A stretch of DNA of 64,000 nt from Candidatus Poribacteria bacterium (GCA_965198175.1 OZ240245.1:1120001-1184000); one strand, 5' to 3'; shown: positions 9,740 to 21,898, numbered from the stretch's first letter. Numbers and translations are program-made. The notes: generated by a model from the letters alone, not told the origin.

Positions 9740-10396
9740 TCATCTGTGCTCAATGGTCAAGCGTTCCGATTTTAGTTTTGGCATCTCAAGATACGACATG
9801 AGTCCATCAGCTGGGATGCCACCATGTCGTCGAATCTGTGGGGGCGACACCGAGAGATCCAAGACCGTTGAAGCAGTCCGTGTAAGCGTCTGTCCACCGT
9901 CCAAAATCAGATCGATGAGATTCCCAAGTTTGTCGCGCACTTCCTGCGTTGAGGTTGCTGGCAGTTCATCGGATTTGTTCGCGCTCGTTGTCGCAATTGG
10001 TCTACCGAAACGGTGTAACAGTTTCAAGGCAAGCGTATGATTTGGCATACGTAAACCTACTGTCTTCCCACCGGCAGTGACTTCAGGCGGTAGGTTTTTC
10101 GCCTCGACAATCAGGGTCAACTCACCCGGCCAGAATCGATCGGCGAGTTGAAAGAAACACTTCGGCACGTTCTGAGCGACGTGCTCGACATCACCAATCG
10201 ATCCAAGGAGGATAGGGATGGGTTTATCAATGGGGCGTCCTTTAACCTGATAGAGTTTGCGTACAGCTTCCGGCTGACCTGGATGGACGCCGATACCATA
10301 TACCGTATCGGTCGGAAAAGCGACTACCCCACCGCGGTTCAGAATCGAAACGGCTCGATCAATGAGTGAATCCTTGAATGGGGCCTTAAAAGACAT
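9740..10396 (-). CDS. tsaC: L-threonylcarbamoyladenylate synthase (Sua5/YrdC)
   Basis: GGVVAFPTDTVYG, KGRP, FWPGELT, TTSANKS, ASTVLD. Confidence 0.92.
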   Translation of the reverse strand: MSFKAPFKDSLIDRAVSILNRGGVVAFPTDTVYGIGVHPGQPEAVRKLYQVKGRPIDKPIPILLGSIGDVEHVAQNVPKCFFQLADRFWPGELTLIVEAKNLPPEVTAGGKTVGLRMPNHTLALKLLHRFGRPIATTSANKSDELPATSTQEVRDKLGNLIDLILDGGQTLTRTASTVLDLSVSPPQIRRHGGIPADGLMSYLEMPKLKSERLTIEHR

Positions 10397-10448
10397 AGAA
10401 AAGTAATAAACAAGTAATTAATGTAGACTTTTTTATCCATAGAGCATC

Positions 10449-11447
10449 TCACGCAATAGAACTTACCGCATAGGCGTTGAGATCGAACTCATCTCTCAAT
10501 CCTTCCCGATACTTGTGATAGCCAATGCCTGCAATCATCGCGGCGTTATCGGTGCAGAGTTGAATCGGTGGGAAGTAAACCTTTACCCCAATTTCCTCCC
10601 CCATTTCGCGCATGGTTTGGCGAAGTTGGCTATTTGCCGCAACTCCACCCGTCAACGTGATTGCCTTTGCGTTTCTCTCCCTCGCTGCCCGAATAGTCTT
10701 TTGTACAAGCACGTCCACCGCGGCTGCCTGGAAACTAGCTGCGATATCCTCGATTGGCGGCAACTTCGCCGTCGCTTTGTCCACAAAATATCGGACAGCG
10801 GTTTTCAGTCCACTGAAACTAAATTGATAATCGCCGCTGTTAAGAAGCGGGCGTGGAAAGTCAATTGCTGTGTGCTTTCCCTTCTTCGCTAGCTCATCAA
10901 TAATTCGACCACCGGGAAAACCAAGTCCAAGGTATTGAGCGACTTTGTCATAAGCCTCGCCGGCGGCGTCATCCTGCGTGCTACCGAGCAAGCTGTATTT
11001 ACGCCCTTCGTGTATTTCAATCAGCAGTGTGTGTCCGCCGGCAACGGTCAGGCATATATTGGGGAAAAGCAGATCATCGTGTGCCATGAAGTTTGCATAA
11101 ACATGACCCTCGATGTGGTTAATCCCCATAAACGGGAGATTATAACAGTACGCCAACGATTTCGCAGCGGAGAGACCCACGAGGAGCGCACCGATTAAGC
11201 CGGGGCGATTTGTTACAGCAATTGCTCCGATATCCTCGAACGAAATGCCCGCATCAGTCATCGCTTGATCGATGATGTAGTTAATTGATTCGACATGTTT
11301 TCGGGACGCAAGTTCAGGAACAATCCCACCGTATTTCTGATGCAGGTCAACCTGTGAAGCGACGATGTTGGAGAGGATTTTTTTACCATCAGCGACAACT
11401 GCAGCCGCGGTCTCATCACACGAAGTATCAATGCCGAGGATGTTCAT
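10449..11447 (-). CDS. tsaD: t6A threonylcarbamoyltransferase subunit TsaD
   Basis: GIDTSCDET, GGIVPELASRKH, NHIEGH, DDAAGEAYDK, SFSGLKT, GGVAAN, TDNAAMI. Confidence 0.96.
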   Translation of the reverse strand: MNILGIDTSCDETAAAVVADGKKILSNIVASQVDLHQKYGGIVPELASRKHVESINYIIDQAMTDAGISFEDIGAIAVTNRPGLIGALLVGLSAAKSLAYCYNLPFMGINHIEGHVYANFMAHDDLLFPNICLTVAGGHTLLIEIHEGRKYSLLGSTQDDAAGEAYDKVAQYLGLGFPGGRIIDELAKKGKHTAIDFPRPLLNSGDYQFSFSGLKTAVRYFVDKATAKLPPIEDIAASFQAAAVDVLVQKTIRAARERNAKAITLTGGVAANSQLRQTMREMGEEIGVKVYFPPIQLCTDNAAMIAGIGYHKYREGLRDEFDLNAYAVSSIA

Positions 11448-11545
11448 CTGGAACCTTTACTCGATGCCTATTTCCTCTAGTTTATTAGCGGTGAAGCATC
11501 ATCGAAGGTACGAATCAAGTCGATAGTTGGCTCTTATGTAAAGCT

Positions 11546-13393
11546 TTACTGCATCCCTTGCATGCTGCTTTCAAAGGTTGTCAACATATCAACTAGTACC
11601 TTAAAATCAACGAGCGAAATAAACAGGTTCGCTTCAACGCCGCCTGCGCGACCTTGACCGGAGATACCGATGCTGTAGGTCTCAGGCATATTACCCAGAA
11701 ACATCATCACCATACCGGCGCTAGGCTCAATTTGCGCAGCCAACTCTACAGTACGTTTAATCGCCGTGATAGGGGAGATTGCCAAAAGGAGATTGTTCTT
11801 CAGGGTTAGTGCGCCGGTGATTTTGTCATAACCCGCAGCATTATCGAAGCCTATCCCTATACCTGCGATTCGATCGAGAGCATCCCTGACCGGCTGAGCA
11901 TTAGCGCCCATTGCGTAGATTAGTTTTCCATTTGTAATAGCGTAGTAAATGTTCAATTCTTTCGGCACGAGTCCTTCCAGACCTTCCATTTCTGGTGAAG
12001 TCTGAGCGAAAAGAGAAGGAATGTTCGGCAATGAATAGTGTTTAATCTCCACACCGTTGTATATCTCAGACGGTCCCACTGATGCCTCCGCGTAGATGTT
12101 CGAGAACTCGTCAAACCCCATCGCGCGCAGCATGAAATTAGAGGTAGCAAGATAGGAGAGATAATCCTCATCCATGAAACGTACTAGCTTGTCTTCGTTG
12201 GTCACATCATAAATGTTTAGTGTGTTGGGCATCAAGCTGCCACTGTATTCGACCGAAAAAGCCACTTCTTCACCCAATGGTTCGTAGAACTTTGTCGTCA
12301 ATTCGGTAAATTCCTGCGTTGCTTTTTCACTTTCTCCTCCATCGGCTTCTGCATCTGACGAACTGAAGAATGACATCATGCCTGTGCCTAACTTAATCAA
12401 GGTCTCTTTTTGTAATCGCATCGCTCCATTGACCATAGCTTGCTGCGGAAGATATTTGAGCTGTGTCAGGTTCACCTGCGCCGCATGAATGTATTCTTGA
12501 ATTTCGCTGTCGCTCTTGAACTTCAGGACAGGTGAAATCTGCAAATCGCCCTCATTGAGTTGGAGTGTGAAACTCAGTGCATCGGCTTGATCGAGCACCC
12601 AGTTAACCCCATCAACCATCTTTGTCGTAATCGCTAGACTCGGCGCGAGTTGCGGGGTCATTTCACCCACGTCTTGCATCCCTATTGCCATCACATCCAC
12701 AAAGTCCGTCAGCCATTCACGAATGACTGGCGTAACTGATTCCATTGCGACATAGCCAACGAGATCGTTAATGCCAGATTTCCTATCGAGTTCAAACGAG
12801 GTGTAGGCGACATCCTTAGCAATTGAAGGCATGGCGTTTCTATAGGTATCAATGGCTTTTTCACAAACTTCCGCGGAACCCGAAAAGACGATGAAATCTC
12901 CCAAGGGTACAAACATGGCTCCATCACTTGTTATGTAATATGGCATATCATTATGGGTTACCGACCTACGGTCCATTGATTCAGTTTCGATAAGCTGTTG
13001 AACCATCTCCGGATCCTTCAAGTAAGCGGCGGCAGAGGGAACCGAGGGATTCACACCGGTAAAAAATATAGCAAAGTTTTTGCTTAAATCAAAAAAGCCG
13101 AGCTTCTGCAGCATTTCAAACTCCGCCCCGAAAAAATCTACCAATCCCATTGCGAGGTCTTCCTGCGGCGGATTATTTGGCGCCAACTCCGCGCAGAGGG
13201 CGTTGATTTCATCGTTTAACCCCTGAAAACTAGAGGCGTAAACGAACCCAACAACGTCTGCAGGAATGACGTCCAAAACGTCCTCAAATTCCTTGGGAGT
13301 ACCAACGGCAACTTCCTTGCCGCCGCACCCGAATAGCACTATCAAAATGGACAGAGTCAGGTTTACGGTTGCTGACAACACGTGCCTTTTCAT
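11546..13393 (-). CDS. Hypothetical lipoprotein (615 aa)
   Basis: Signal peptide ending in a lipobox-like VLFG-C. Confidence 0.7.
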   Translation of the reverse strand: MKRHVLSATVNLTLSILIVLFGCGGKEVAVGTPKEFEDVLDVIPADVVGFVYASSFQGLNDEINALCAELAPNNPPQEDLAMGLVDFFGAEFEMLQKLGFFDLSKNFAIFFTGVNPSVPSAAAYLKDPEMVQQLIETESMDRRSVTHNDMPYYITSDGAMFVPLGDFIVFSGSAEVCEKAIDTYRNAMPSIAKDVAYTSFELDRKSGINDLVGYVAMESVTPVIREWLTDFVDVMAIGMQDVGEMTPQLAPSLAITTKMVDGVNWVLDQADALSFTLQLNEGDLQISPVLKFKSDSEIQEYIHAAQVNLTQLKYLPQQAMVNGAMRLQKETLIKLGTGMMSFFSSSDAEADGGESEKATQEFTELTTKFYEPLGEEVAFSVEYSGSLMPNTLNIYDVTNEDKLVRFMDEDYLSYLATSNFMLRAMGFDEFSNIYAEASVGPSEIYNGVEIKHYSLPNIPSLFAQTSPEMEGLEGLVPKELNIYYAITNGKLIYAMGANAQPVRDALDRIAGIGIGFDNAAGYDKITGALTLKNNLLLAISPITAIKRTVELAAQIEPSAGMVMMFLGNMPETYSIGISGQGRAGGVEANLFISLVDFKVLVDMLTTFESSMQGMQ

Positions 13394-13544
13394 GATCTTT
13401 TTCTCCTCACTAATGAGTTATACAACCTTCCGTTTAATTGATCTTGACAATTATGGAGTCTGATGCTGCGCGGAATCCGCGAACTTAGACTTAATGACTT
13501 CCTCAAACTAATTCCTGCACTCGTTCCAAAAAATGTGCTTGCGT

Positions 13545-14648
13545 CTACGCGGAGGTGTTGTGAACCTTAATCGCTTCAATATTCTCCGCGAATCTCTCAA
13601 TCTCTGCGTTAGTGGTGAGCACACCGATTTCCACCTCATAGTGCCTGCGTCCGCCAGGTTCGATATACTGCAATGTGCCCTGTTTTCGCTCTTTCGCACG
13701 TCCCTCAACCCAACAATTGGCGGGTTCCAAGCCGATGACATACGTCCCTTCACCGTTCATTTTCCACTGGTTAAATTTGGGGAGTTGGGTCTTGTGATAC
13801 CTTATGTATAGCCCAAACCCTTGTCCGTTGTTGAACGATCGATTCGCGAGCGCGACATGAATGTGGTTATCGTAATCCGCCTGCATCTCATGATAATAAA
13901 CCTGTTGACCAAAATCGACTGTTGGCGGCTCACACCGGGCGTGATTGTTCAAGCCTTCGGCGGAATGCTCATCAATTGGAAGGACTTCGGTCGATGGCGC
14001 AAGCAACTCAGTACCTTCAGCTACAACTGGAAATCCAGCGTTGATATGGAAGAGGTACATGTGAGGCGTATCTTGATAGCCGAGGTTTTCAACAACGTCT
14101 TCAATGTGTAGACTCGTTGCACCTAGTTCCGTCCAGATACGGCGGGTTCGACAGAGCTTTCCGCCAAAAACTGTCGTCTCAGTCACTTTGCCCTGTGCCC
14201 ATAAGGTATACCTGTTGCCCTCCCAACGACTATCTACCCAGACGTTCTTAGAAGGGATATAAGAGATGCGTCCGTGCTGCCCTAGATCCTCTCCTTCATC
14301 CTCACAAGGTGCACCAGCATACATCATACCGCAGGTTGTCAGCAAACCTCCGAAAAACCCTCGCAGCCAACCGAAACCTTCCGGTTCGTAATAAGTGGGA
14401 GCAACATCTCCTGTACTCGACCTCCAGCTTAATGGGATGTCCTTGTACGATGCATAAGAGATATCCAATCCTCGATCCAGCAAAACGGTAAAATTCAATC
14501 CGGCCCCTGTCCAAAAATTGACCGCCTCAACTCCCTTTTCATTGCCTTCTGTAAATTCACATTTTTTGACTCCGGCAATCTGCGAAATATCACCGACATG
14601 ACGAAGCAATTTGAACCTGTCGTAATCTCTCCCATATAGGTTAATCAA
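13545..14648 (-). CDS. Aldose 1-epimerase-like DUF4432 family protein
   Basis: LLDRGLDI, GWLRGFFGGLLTTCG, GQHGRIS, HINAGFP, YVIGLEPAN. Confidence 0.8.
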   Translation of the reverse strand: MINLYGRDYDRFKLLRHVGDISQIAGVKKCEFTEGNEKGVEAVNFWTGAGLNFTVLLDRGLDISYASYKDIPLSWRSSTGDVAPTYYEPEGFGWLRGFFGGLLTTCGMMYAGAPCEDEGEDLGQHGRISYIPSKNVWVDSRWEGNRYTLWAQGKVTETTVFGGKLCRTRRIWTELGATSLHIEDVVENLGYQDTPHMYLFHINAGFPVVAEGTELLAPSTEVLPIDEHSAEGLNNHARCEPPTVDFGQQVYYHEMQADYDNHIHVALANRSFNNGQGFGLYIRYHKTQLPKFNQWKMNGEGTYVIGLEPANCWVEGRAKERKQGTLQYIEPGGRRHYEVEIGVLTTNAEIERFAENIEAIKVHNTSA

Positions 14649-15116
14649 ATTATTCCTCCCCTATGAAGTGCAAATCGTTAAGATGGAAGTTGCAACAGTT
14701 CGAGCAAATTACAGTTCATGTTCGATTGCTCATTCTCACAAAGCGCAAAATCCATCTTCGAGTAAACAAGTTCGTGTCCGTTAACCACCGTGGCGATGGA
14801 TGTCAGTAGATTGACGTTTTAAGTGCTTGCCGAAACGACAGTATTGTTCGCGCAAAGTAGCGCAATGATTGTAGGGTTCTGATGCCTGTTGAGGAAATGC
14901 CTATTCTGCGAATGTAGTGAGGTTGAATCTGTACGGTTTTTACTTAGACAGTATATCACACCACATATGCAAACTTCAACGCGAAAAGAGGCGATTTCAT
15001 CTGAAGTATATCACAAGCGGATACCGAAATAACTGTAGGATTTAGAATCGTAAGGGAGAATTGCTGAAAGAAATGTGTTTGGGTGAGTCCATTCCACAAA
15101 GTGCAGGGAAAACTGA

Positions 15117-15145
15117 TTGACATCGTTTAGTTGGCTTGCTAAAAT
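15117..15145 (+). promoter_or_regulatory. sigma70-like promoter of nusB
   Basis: TTGACA-17bp-TAAAAT. Confidence 0.65.
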
Positions 15146-15193
15146 GTAACTTGAATTGCTGGGAATCCGAAATGTCGTAATGAATGAGCGATT

Positions 15194-15637
15194 ATGATGA
15201 GACCGCGCACGCAAGCAAGAAAATTGGCGCTTCAGATATTATACCAGGCAGATTTGACAAATGATCCAATCAATGATGTCCAAGAGCGTTTCTGGAAAAC
15301 GACGAATGCTAATGAAGAGGTTAAGACCTTTGCGAATCTTCTTGTTGAGGGCACGCTGGAGCACCTTACTAAAATCAATCTGGCGATTCACAAAGCGGCG
15401 GCAATCAGTTGGCCGGTTCATCGAATGCCCGTTGTTGATCGTTGCCTCCTGAGAAGTGCAACCTATGAAATCCTTTATCTCGCCGACATTCCTTCTGCGG
15501 TTTCCATTAACGAATCAATCGAACTTGCCAAGAAATATAGCACGGAAGATTCGCCCAAATTCATTAATGCGGTTCTAGACAAGATTAAAGACATGGCAAG
15601 TAGTATGGTTGATTTGGAACATTTACACACGAGTTGA
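15194..15637 (+). CDS. nusB: Transcription antitermination factor NusB
   Basis: RTQARKLALQILYQ, VDRCLLR, VSINESIELAKKYS, FINAVLD. Confidence 0.94.
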   Translation: MMRPRTQARKLALQILYQADLTNDPINDVQERFWKTTNANEEVKTFANLLVEGTLEHLTKINLAIHKAAAISWPVHRMPVVDRCLLRSATYEILYLADIPSAVSINESIELAKKYSTEDSPKFINAVLDKIKDMASSMVDLEHLHTS

Positions 15638-15645
15638 GGTGAGCG

Positions 15646-17469
15646 TTGACACAATTTCGCAATGTATTTTGGATTCTAATTGCGAGTCTGTTGATTCAAT
15701 CCATTGCATCTACACACCAAGAAGTTAAGTTCGTCAAGGAATTTGGTGGAAAAGGCAAACAGACAGGTCGATTTGGCGAGACCGTCTTCATCGCGTTCGA
15801 TCGGAATGGAGGTATTTATGTTACAGACACCGATAATTCAAGAATTCAAAAGCTGGATGCCAACGGACATTTCCTCTTTGAAATCAAGTCAACCGATTCA
15901 GAGAAATTCATCTTTATAAACCCGACAGATATTGCAGTTGGAGAAGACGGATCAATTTACGTCATGGATTGGATTATCACACAGATTGAGGATAGTGAAA
16001 TTCTCCATGATGATAGTGGAGGTGCGGGGCGCCCCAAAATTTTTAACTACGGTCCTTGTGTCCACCGATTTGACTCGAATGGAAATTTCATGGTGAGCTA
16101 CCCTATCCAAGATTTTAGCAAAAGGATCCAGTCGCTGGAAAGGGCAGTGCCGGGGCTTGACGCTGAAGGGAACTATGCACTCGTTATTCCTCAAGGCGAT
16201 ACAGAGCGTTCTTTTCTACTAGCAGTTGACAATCAGGAAAATTTATATATTTTCGATGCTGGGAAAATCCACAAATTAGCAGCGAATAATCAATCTGTGA
16301 CAACATTCAGCACTGCTCAGCCGCGTGTGGGGCAGGTACTGAAAGCCGCTGATATGACTGTAGACCATCGGGGAAATCTTTACATTGTTGATGAAGCGGC
16401 GCATCGTGTGTTGAAATTTGATGCAAATGGTCAGTTTTCGCTATCCTTTGGCGAATATGGCGATCGGGGTGGACAGTTTATCTCTCCTTTCCATCTCATA
16501 GCCCTAGACGATGGGACAGTTCTTGTTGCAGATAAGGCAAAATATAAGAAGGATTTTGTGTCTGATTTACCGAGGCGGCTGTACGATCCTTTTCAGTTTG
16601 GTGGATATCCTTTCCGCGTCTTTCGTGCGCGGTTTCGATGTGTACAACGATTCTACACCGATGGTCAATTTGCGGAAAGAATTCTGATTCGTTTTAGGCG
16701 GGAGAATGAGGTACAGGCACATCTCCGACTCAAAGGCATCGATTATAGCGGGAACCTTTATTTCATTGATACCGAAACCTTAAAGTTTAGACAGTTTGCC
16801 CTGACTTCTGCCTTGATTGCTTCCGCATTCCAAACAGAAGTCAAGTTGCGATACGCTGTGAATGTCGAGGATGTCGAGATAGATAACCGGGATGATTTGG
16901 ATGCCGATCTCTTCAACAAAGCCGATTTTGATGGGCGTGTAACGCTCCATCGCGCCGGTGTGGAGACTACGCTGGCTTATGATTTCGATGAAGACCTACG
17001 ATTTGCCATCTCCAACGACTTGGTGTACTACAAATCCATTGATGAAAGTTTTTACCGCGCGAGAGATTTTGAGGACTTTCGAGGAACTTTCAATCAGGAC
17101 GATGAATCCACTGACGAAGTTTGGGAAGATCGTGTGCAATTTGACGCTACGCTCATCCGAAGTCATAATCCCTACACTTACCGAGAAGCCTCGGCATTTA
17201 CCTACTTCAATATCATACGGACCGACTTCATTAATGAAGCATTTGATCCGCAGAACTTCCGATTTTTTGACTTCAGAGCGCGTCTGTCAGATTGGGGCGC
17301 TGGTCTCCGATATGACCTCAGCAAAGCATTTCGTCTTGATTTTTCAGTCGCCCACTTCTTCGGATATAACGAATTTACCTATATCGACGAAACAAACGTT
17401 CTGTATGCAACAGGCTTTCAGCAGGGTGATGAAACGAGCGCTGTTCTAATGATTAACGGGGTGTTTTAA
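15646..17469 (+). CDS. Secreted NHL-repeat protein with C-terminal putative beta-barrel
   Basis: Signal peptide, NHL repeats (IYVTDTDNSRIQKLDANG, LYIVDEAAHRVLKFDANG), amphipathic strands ending in Phe (LMINGVF). Paralog of 56646-58652. Confidence 0.75.
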   Translation: MTQFRNVFWILIASLLIQSIASTHQEVKFVKEFGGKGKQTGRFGETVFIAFDRNGGIYVTDTDNSRIQKLDANGHFLFEIKSTDSEKFIFINPTDIAVGEDGSIYVMDWIITQIEDSEILHDDSGGAGRPKIFNYGPCVHRFDSNGNFMVSYPIQDFSKRIQSLERAVPGLDAEGNYALVIPQGDTERSFLLAVDNQENLYIFDAGKIHKLAANNQSVTTFSTAQPRVGQVLKAADMTVDHRGNLYIVDEAAHRVLKFDANGQFSLSFGEYGDRGGQFISPFHLIALDDGTVLVADKAKYKKDFVSDLPRRLYDPFQFGGYPFRVFRARFRCVQRFYTDGQFAERILIRFRRENEVQAHLRLKGIDYSGNLYFIDTETLKFRQFALTSALIASAFQTEVKLRYAVNVEDVEIDNRDDLDADLFNKADFDGRVTLHRAGVETTLAYDFDEDLRFAISNDLVYYKSIDESFYRARDFEDFRGTFNQDDESTDEVWEDRVQFDATLIRSHNPYTYREASAFTYFNIIRTDFINEAFDPQNFRFFDFRARLSDWGAGLRYDLSKAFRLDFSVAHFFGYNEFTYIDETNVLYATGFQQGDETSAVLMINGVF

Positions 17470-17652
17470 TCAGCAGGAAGTTAAAAACTCAGTTTAACCA
17501 ATGTCTCTGCTTACCTTCTATCGTTCCATTTCAAGGCATCTCAAAATGGTAGCGTTATACCCGTTCACAAATGACTTAGCGATGTATTGTGATTAGAAAG
17601 GTGTTTTCAAGGGGGCGCGATGCGGAGTCAATCTACAATCCACAGTTGGTAA

Positions 17653-19503
17653 ATGAGGACGAACACGAATATACCCCTGTTAGTTTACGATGACGAATGT
17701 AAATTCTGTCGCTATTGGGTTGCGCGGTGGCACCACTTAACAGGGAACCTTGTTAGGTATGCACCGTCATACCAAGTTGCGAGCCAGTTTCCTGAGATCC
17801 CGCCGGAACAGTTCGAAACCGCGGTCCAGTTCATTGAACCGGGCGGCGAGGTATTTAGCGGCGCTGAAGCGGTCTTTCGCACACTCACTCATGCTCCGCG
17901 CATGGGCTGGCTACTGTGGATGTATCAAAGAATTCCGGGGTTTTCCTCGTCTACTGAGTGGATTTACCGCTTTATTGCGGAGCACCGGGGCATTTTCTCC
18001 GTATTGACACGATGGTTGTGGGGAGAAAACAGGGGGCGCCCCGAGTATTATCTGACACGCTGGTTGTTCCTCCGATTGCTCGGCGCGACTTACCTCATCG
18101 CATTCATCTCGTTGTGGACGCAGATCGACGGACTGGTAGGGAGCAATGGCATTCTGCCCGCACAGGAATATCTTGAATCCGTGCGGACACAAGTCGGTCA
18201 CGAACGTTATCGGTTATTGCCAACGCTATGCTGGTTGAACTCCAGCGATGGATTCTTGCACATCCTATGTGCGTGTGGAACGCTATTGTCGGTATTGCTC
18301 ATTATCGGGGTTGCGCCTATCTATTCCCTAATAGGGCTATGGGCAATTTACCTTTCGCTGACAGCGATTGGCCAGAATTTTCTGAGTTTTCAGTGGGACG
18401 TTTTACTGTTGGAAACCGGCTTTCTGGCGATTTTCTTTGCGCCATCGCAGATTTTACCGAAATTCTCGCGCGAATCGCCACCGTCTCGGACGGTTTTGTG
18501 GCTGTTGCGCTGGCTTTTGTTTCGGCTGATGTTCGCCTCGGGTGTTGTGAAACTTGTGAGTGCCGATGAGACATGGCGTAACCTGACCGCCCTCAATTTT
18601 CATTACGAAACCCAGCCGCTGCCGACGTGGATAAGCTGGTATGTGCATCAACTGCCCGACTGGTTCCAGACTATATCCGTTGTGGGAATGTTCGCCATTG
18701 AACTCGGTGTACCCTTCCTGATATTTGCGCCGCGGCGACTACGATTTGTTGCATGTGCGGCATTCCTTGTCTTACAACTCCTCATTATAGCGACAGGCAA
18801 CTACTGCTTCTTCAATCTCCTGACCATTGTGCTGTGTATCCTGTTGCTCGACGACACCTTTCTTCAGGGCTTTCGTCTGAAACGGATGTTTTCAAGGTTT
18901 AATGCACCCGAGGCAGTGACGATGAGCTCACACTATCGAAGCGTGTGGGTTGCCGTGCTAACAGTGGTCGTGCTTCTGGTGAGCGGTATTCGGATGGCGG
19001 GTATGTTCCTGCGCGGAGCAAACATGCCAGCGCCTGCCCAACATATCTTGAATTGGGCTTCGCCCTTCCGGACGATTAACTCCTACGGTCTGTTTGCTGT
19101 GATGACGACCTCTCGACCGGAGATTGTCGTCGAAGGCAGCAACGACCGTGAGACTTGGGTCGAATACCCGTTTAAGTGGAAACCGGGCGATTTGAGACAA
19201 CGCCCGCGCTGGGCTGCACCGCATCAGCCGCGTCTGGACTGGCAGATGTGGTTTGCTGCGCTTGGGAGCTATCGTACCAATCGCTGGTTTATGGAGTTTA
19301 TTGAACGATTGCTGCAGGGCTCACCTGAAGTTTTGGGGTTGCTGGAAGAGAATCCATTTTCCAGAGCGCCGCCGCGATACATCCGGGCGGTTCTCTACGA
19401 TTACCACTTCACCGATTTCGATACGAAACAGGCGGAAGGTACGTGGTGGCGACGTGAACGAAAAGGGTTATATCTTCCTGAAGTGTCGTTGCGGGCAGGT
19501 TAA
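17653..19503 (+). CDS. DCC1-like thiol-disulfide oxidoreductase fused to lipase maturation factor (LMF) domain
   Basis: N-terminal VYDDECKFC (DxxCxxC); LMF motifs SFQWDVLLLETG, HYETQPLP, NSYGLFA, APHQPRLDWQMWF. Confidence 0.88.
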   Translation: MRTNTNIPLLVYDDECKFCRYWVARWHHLTGNLVRYAPSYQVASQFPEIPPEQFETAVQFIEPGGEVFSGAEAVFRTLTHAPRMGWLLWMYQRIPGFSSSTEWIYRFIAEHRGIFSVLTRWLWGENRGRPEYYLTRWLFLRLLGATYLIAFISLWTQIDGLVGSNGILPAQEYLESVRTQVGHERYRLLPTLCWLNSSDGFLHILCACGTLLSVLLIIGVAPIYSLIGLWAIYLSLTAIGQNFLSFQWDVLLLETGFLAIFFAPSQILPKFSRESPPSRTVLWLLRWLLFRLMFASGVVKLVSADETWRNLTALNFHYETQPLPTWISWYVHQLPDWFQTISVVGMFAIELGVPFLIFAPRRLRFVACAAFLVLQLLIIATGNYCFFNLLTIVLCILLLDDTFLQGFRLKRMFSRFNAPEAVTMSSHYRSVWVAVLTVVVLLVSGIRMAGMFLRGANMPAPAQHILNWASPFRTINSYGLFAVMTTSRPEIVVEGSNDRETWVEYPFKWKPGDLRQRPRWAAPHQPRLDWQMWFAALGSYRTNRWFMEFIERLLQGSPEVLGLLEENPFSRAPPRYIRAVLYDYHFTDFDTKQAEGTWWRRERKGLYLPEVSLRAG

Positions 19504-19668
19504 TTGCGGTAGCGTTTGCAGTATAAAACCGTCGCAGATATCTAGGGCGCTTTTTTTGAAGGCTGATGAAGCCTTTGAACAGCTCAAATCAGCTGTGCAA
19601 AAGGATTCCACCGCGCATCAGACTAGCGTGAGGACATGTTCGAATCGGTCGACTGGTTTTCGCCGCAC

Positions 19669-20466
19669 CTATCGTGCGCCGCAGGCTTGCAGACAAGCTT
19701 GCATGTACCCACGCGACTCAGCAGCGATAACGCAGCAACGTTTGATGTCGTAATCCTTAGCGCCGATAATCTCCAAATTAATTGGCCCAGTATAGCCGTT
19801 CTCATGCAATACCCGAATGTAGCCGACCAAATCTATATCGCCTCGGCCGTTTGCTTGCATCTCCGGCTTTCCTGGATTCTGGTCTCGACCCTTGCAATCC
19901 CGGATATGCACATGTTTCACGCGGGAAAAAACCGCAGCGATAGCTTCAACCGAGTTCTCTCCTGCGCGATGAATGTGCGACGGGTCCATATCAATCCCGA
20001 ACGCTGAGGAGGAAATCTCTTCCATGGCACGGAGGGTTGTTGGTGTGTTGTAAATACAGCATCCTACATGTGCTTTCACACATAGAATCACGCCGTACCG
20101 CTCCGCCATCTGCGCCAAATCGCCCAGTGCGTTGATAACCTTGGGCCAGGCTTCTTCGTCGTTCGATTTTCCTCCAGGACCGCAGTTGACGATGGGTATG
20201 CCGATTTCGACAGCAGCCTGGAAGGCTTGTTCCATTACGACCGGATCTTGCGACGGTTGTTCCATGGCTAGAAGTTCAAGGTCGTATTCCTGAGAAAGGC
20301 GTTTGATTTTCGGTGCAAGTTCTCTCCAGCGATCGAGGACGAGGTGTTCGCTCATACCATTAATTGCGGACAACTCGATACCATCGTAGCCAGCTAGCGC
20401 GGTATACTTAAAGGCGACTTCCATATCATGTCCGCCGAACAGAACAGAATTTGCTCCTAATTTCAT
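19669..20466 (-). CDS. Sugar phosphate isomerase/epimerase (TIM barrel)
   Basis: GYDGIEL, DMDPSH, HVHIRD, GRGDID, GYTGPINLE. Confidence 0.82.
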   Translation of the reverse strand: MKLGANSVLFGGHDMEVAFKYTALAGYDGIELSAINGMSEHLVLDRWRELAPKIKRLSQEYDLELLAMEQPSQDPVVMEQAFQAAVEIGIPIVNCGPGGKSNDEEAWPKVINALGDLAQMAERYGVILCVKAHVGCCIYNTPTTLRAMEEISSSAFGIDMDPSHIHRAGENSVEAIAAVFSRVKHVHIRDCKGRDQNPGKPEMQANGRGDIDLVGYIRVLHENGYTGPINLEIIGAKDYDIKRCCVIAAESRGYMQACLQACGAR

Positions 20467-20601
20467 AGAGAATCAAAGGAAGCTCTGCCTATCCCCGTTC
20501 TTATGAGGACAGGGGTTTTTGACAGAGAGTTCTTGGCTCCTTACTTTTGCTTGAATGGATTCGTTAGACTATCTGCCTAAAATACAATCGCTCGCCACTT
20601 C

Positions 20602-21762
<1,161 letters not shown>

Positions 21763-21898
21763 CTATAGAAGGATTCATCCAAAAGACCTTGACATCAGCA
21801 CAATCGGTTTGATATATTCAAAAATAGAATTTATCGCATGACATTCGATTGTAAATGACGTGGTGATTACGTAATGCGTAAATCGGTTGTTATGACGT

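Noticed and set aside
14650..15110. Possible small gene or RNA in a long intergenic region
   Set aside because: No convincing ORF, RBS or RNA structure found.
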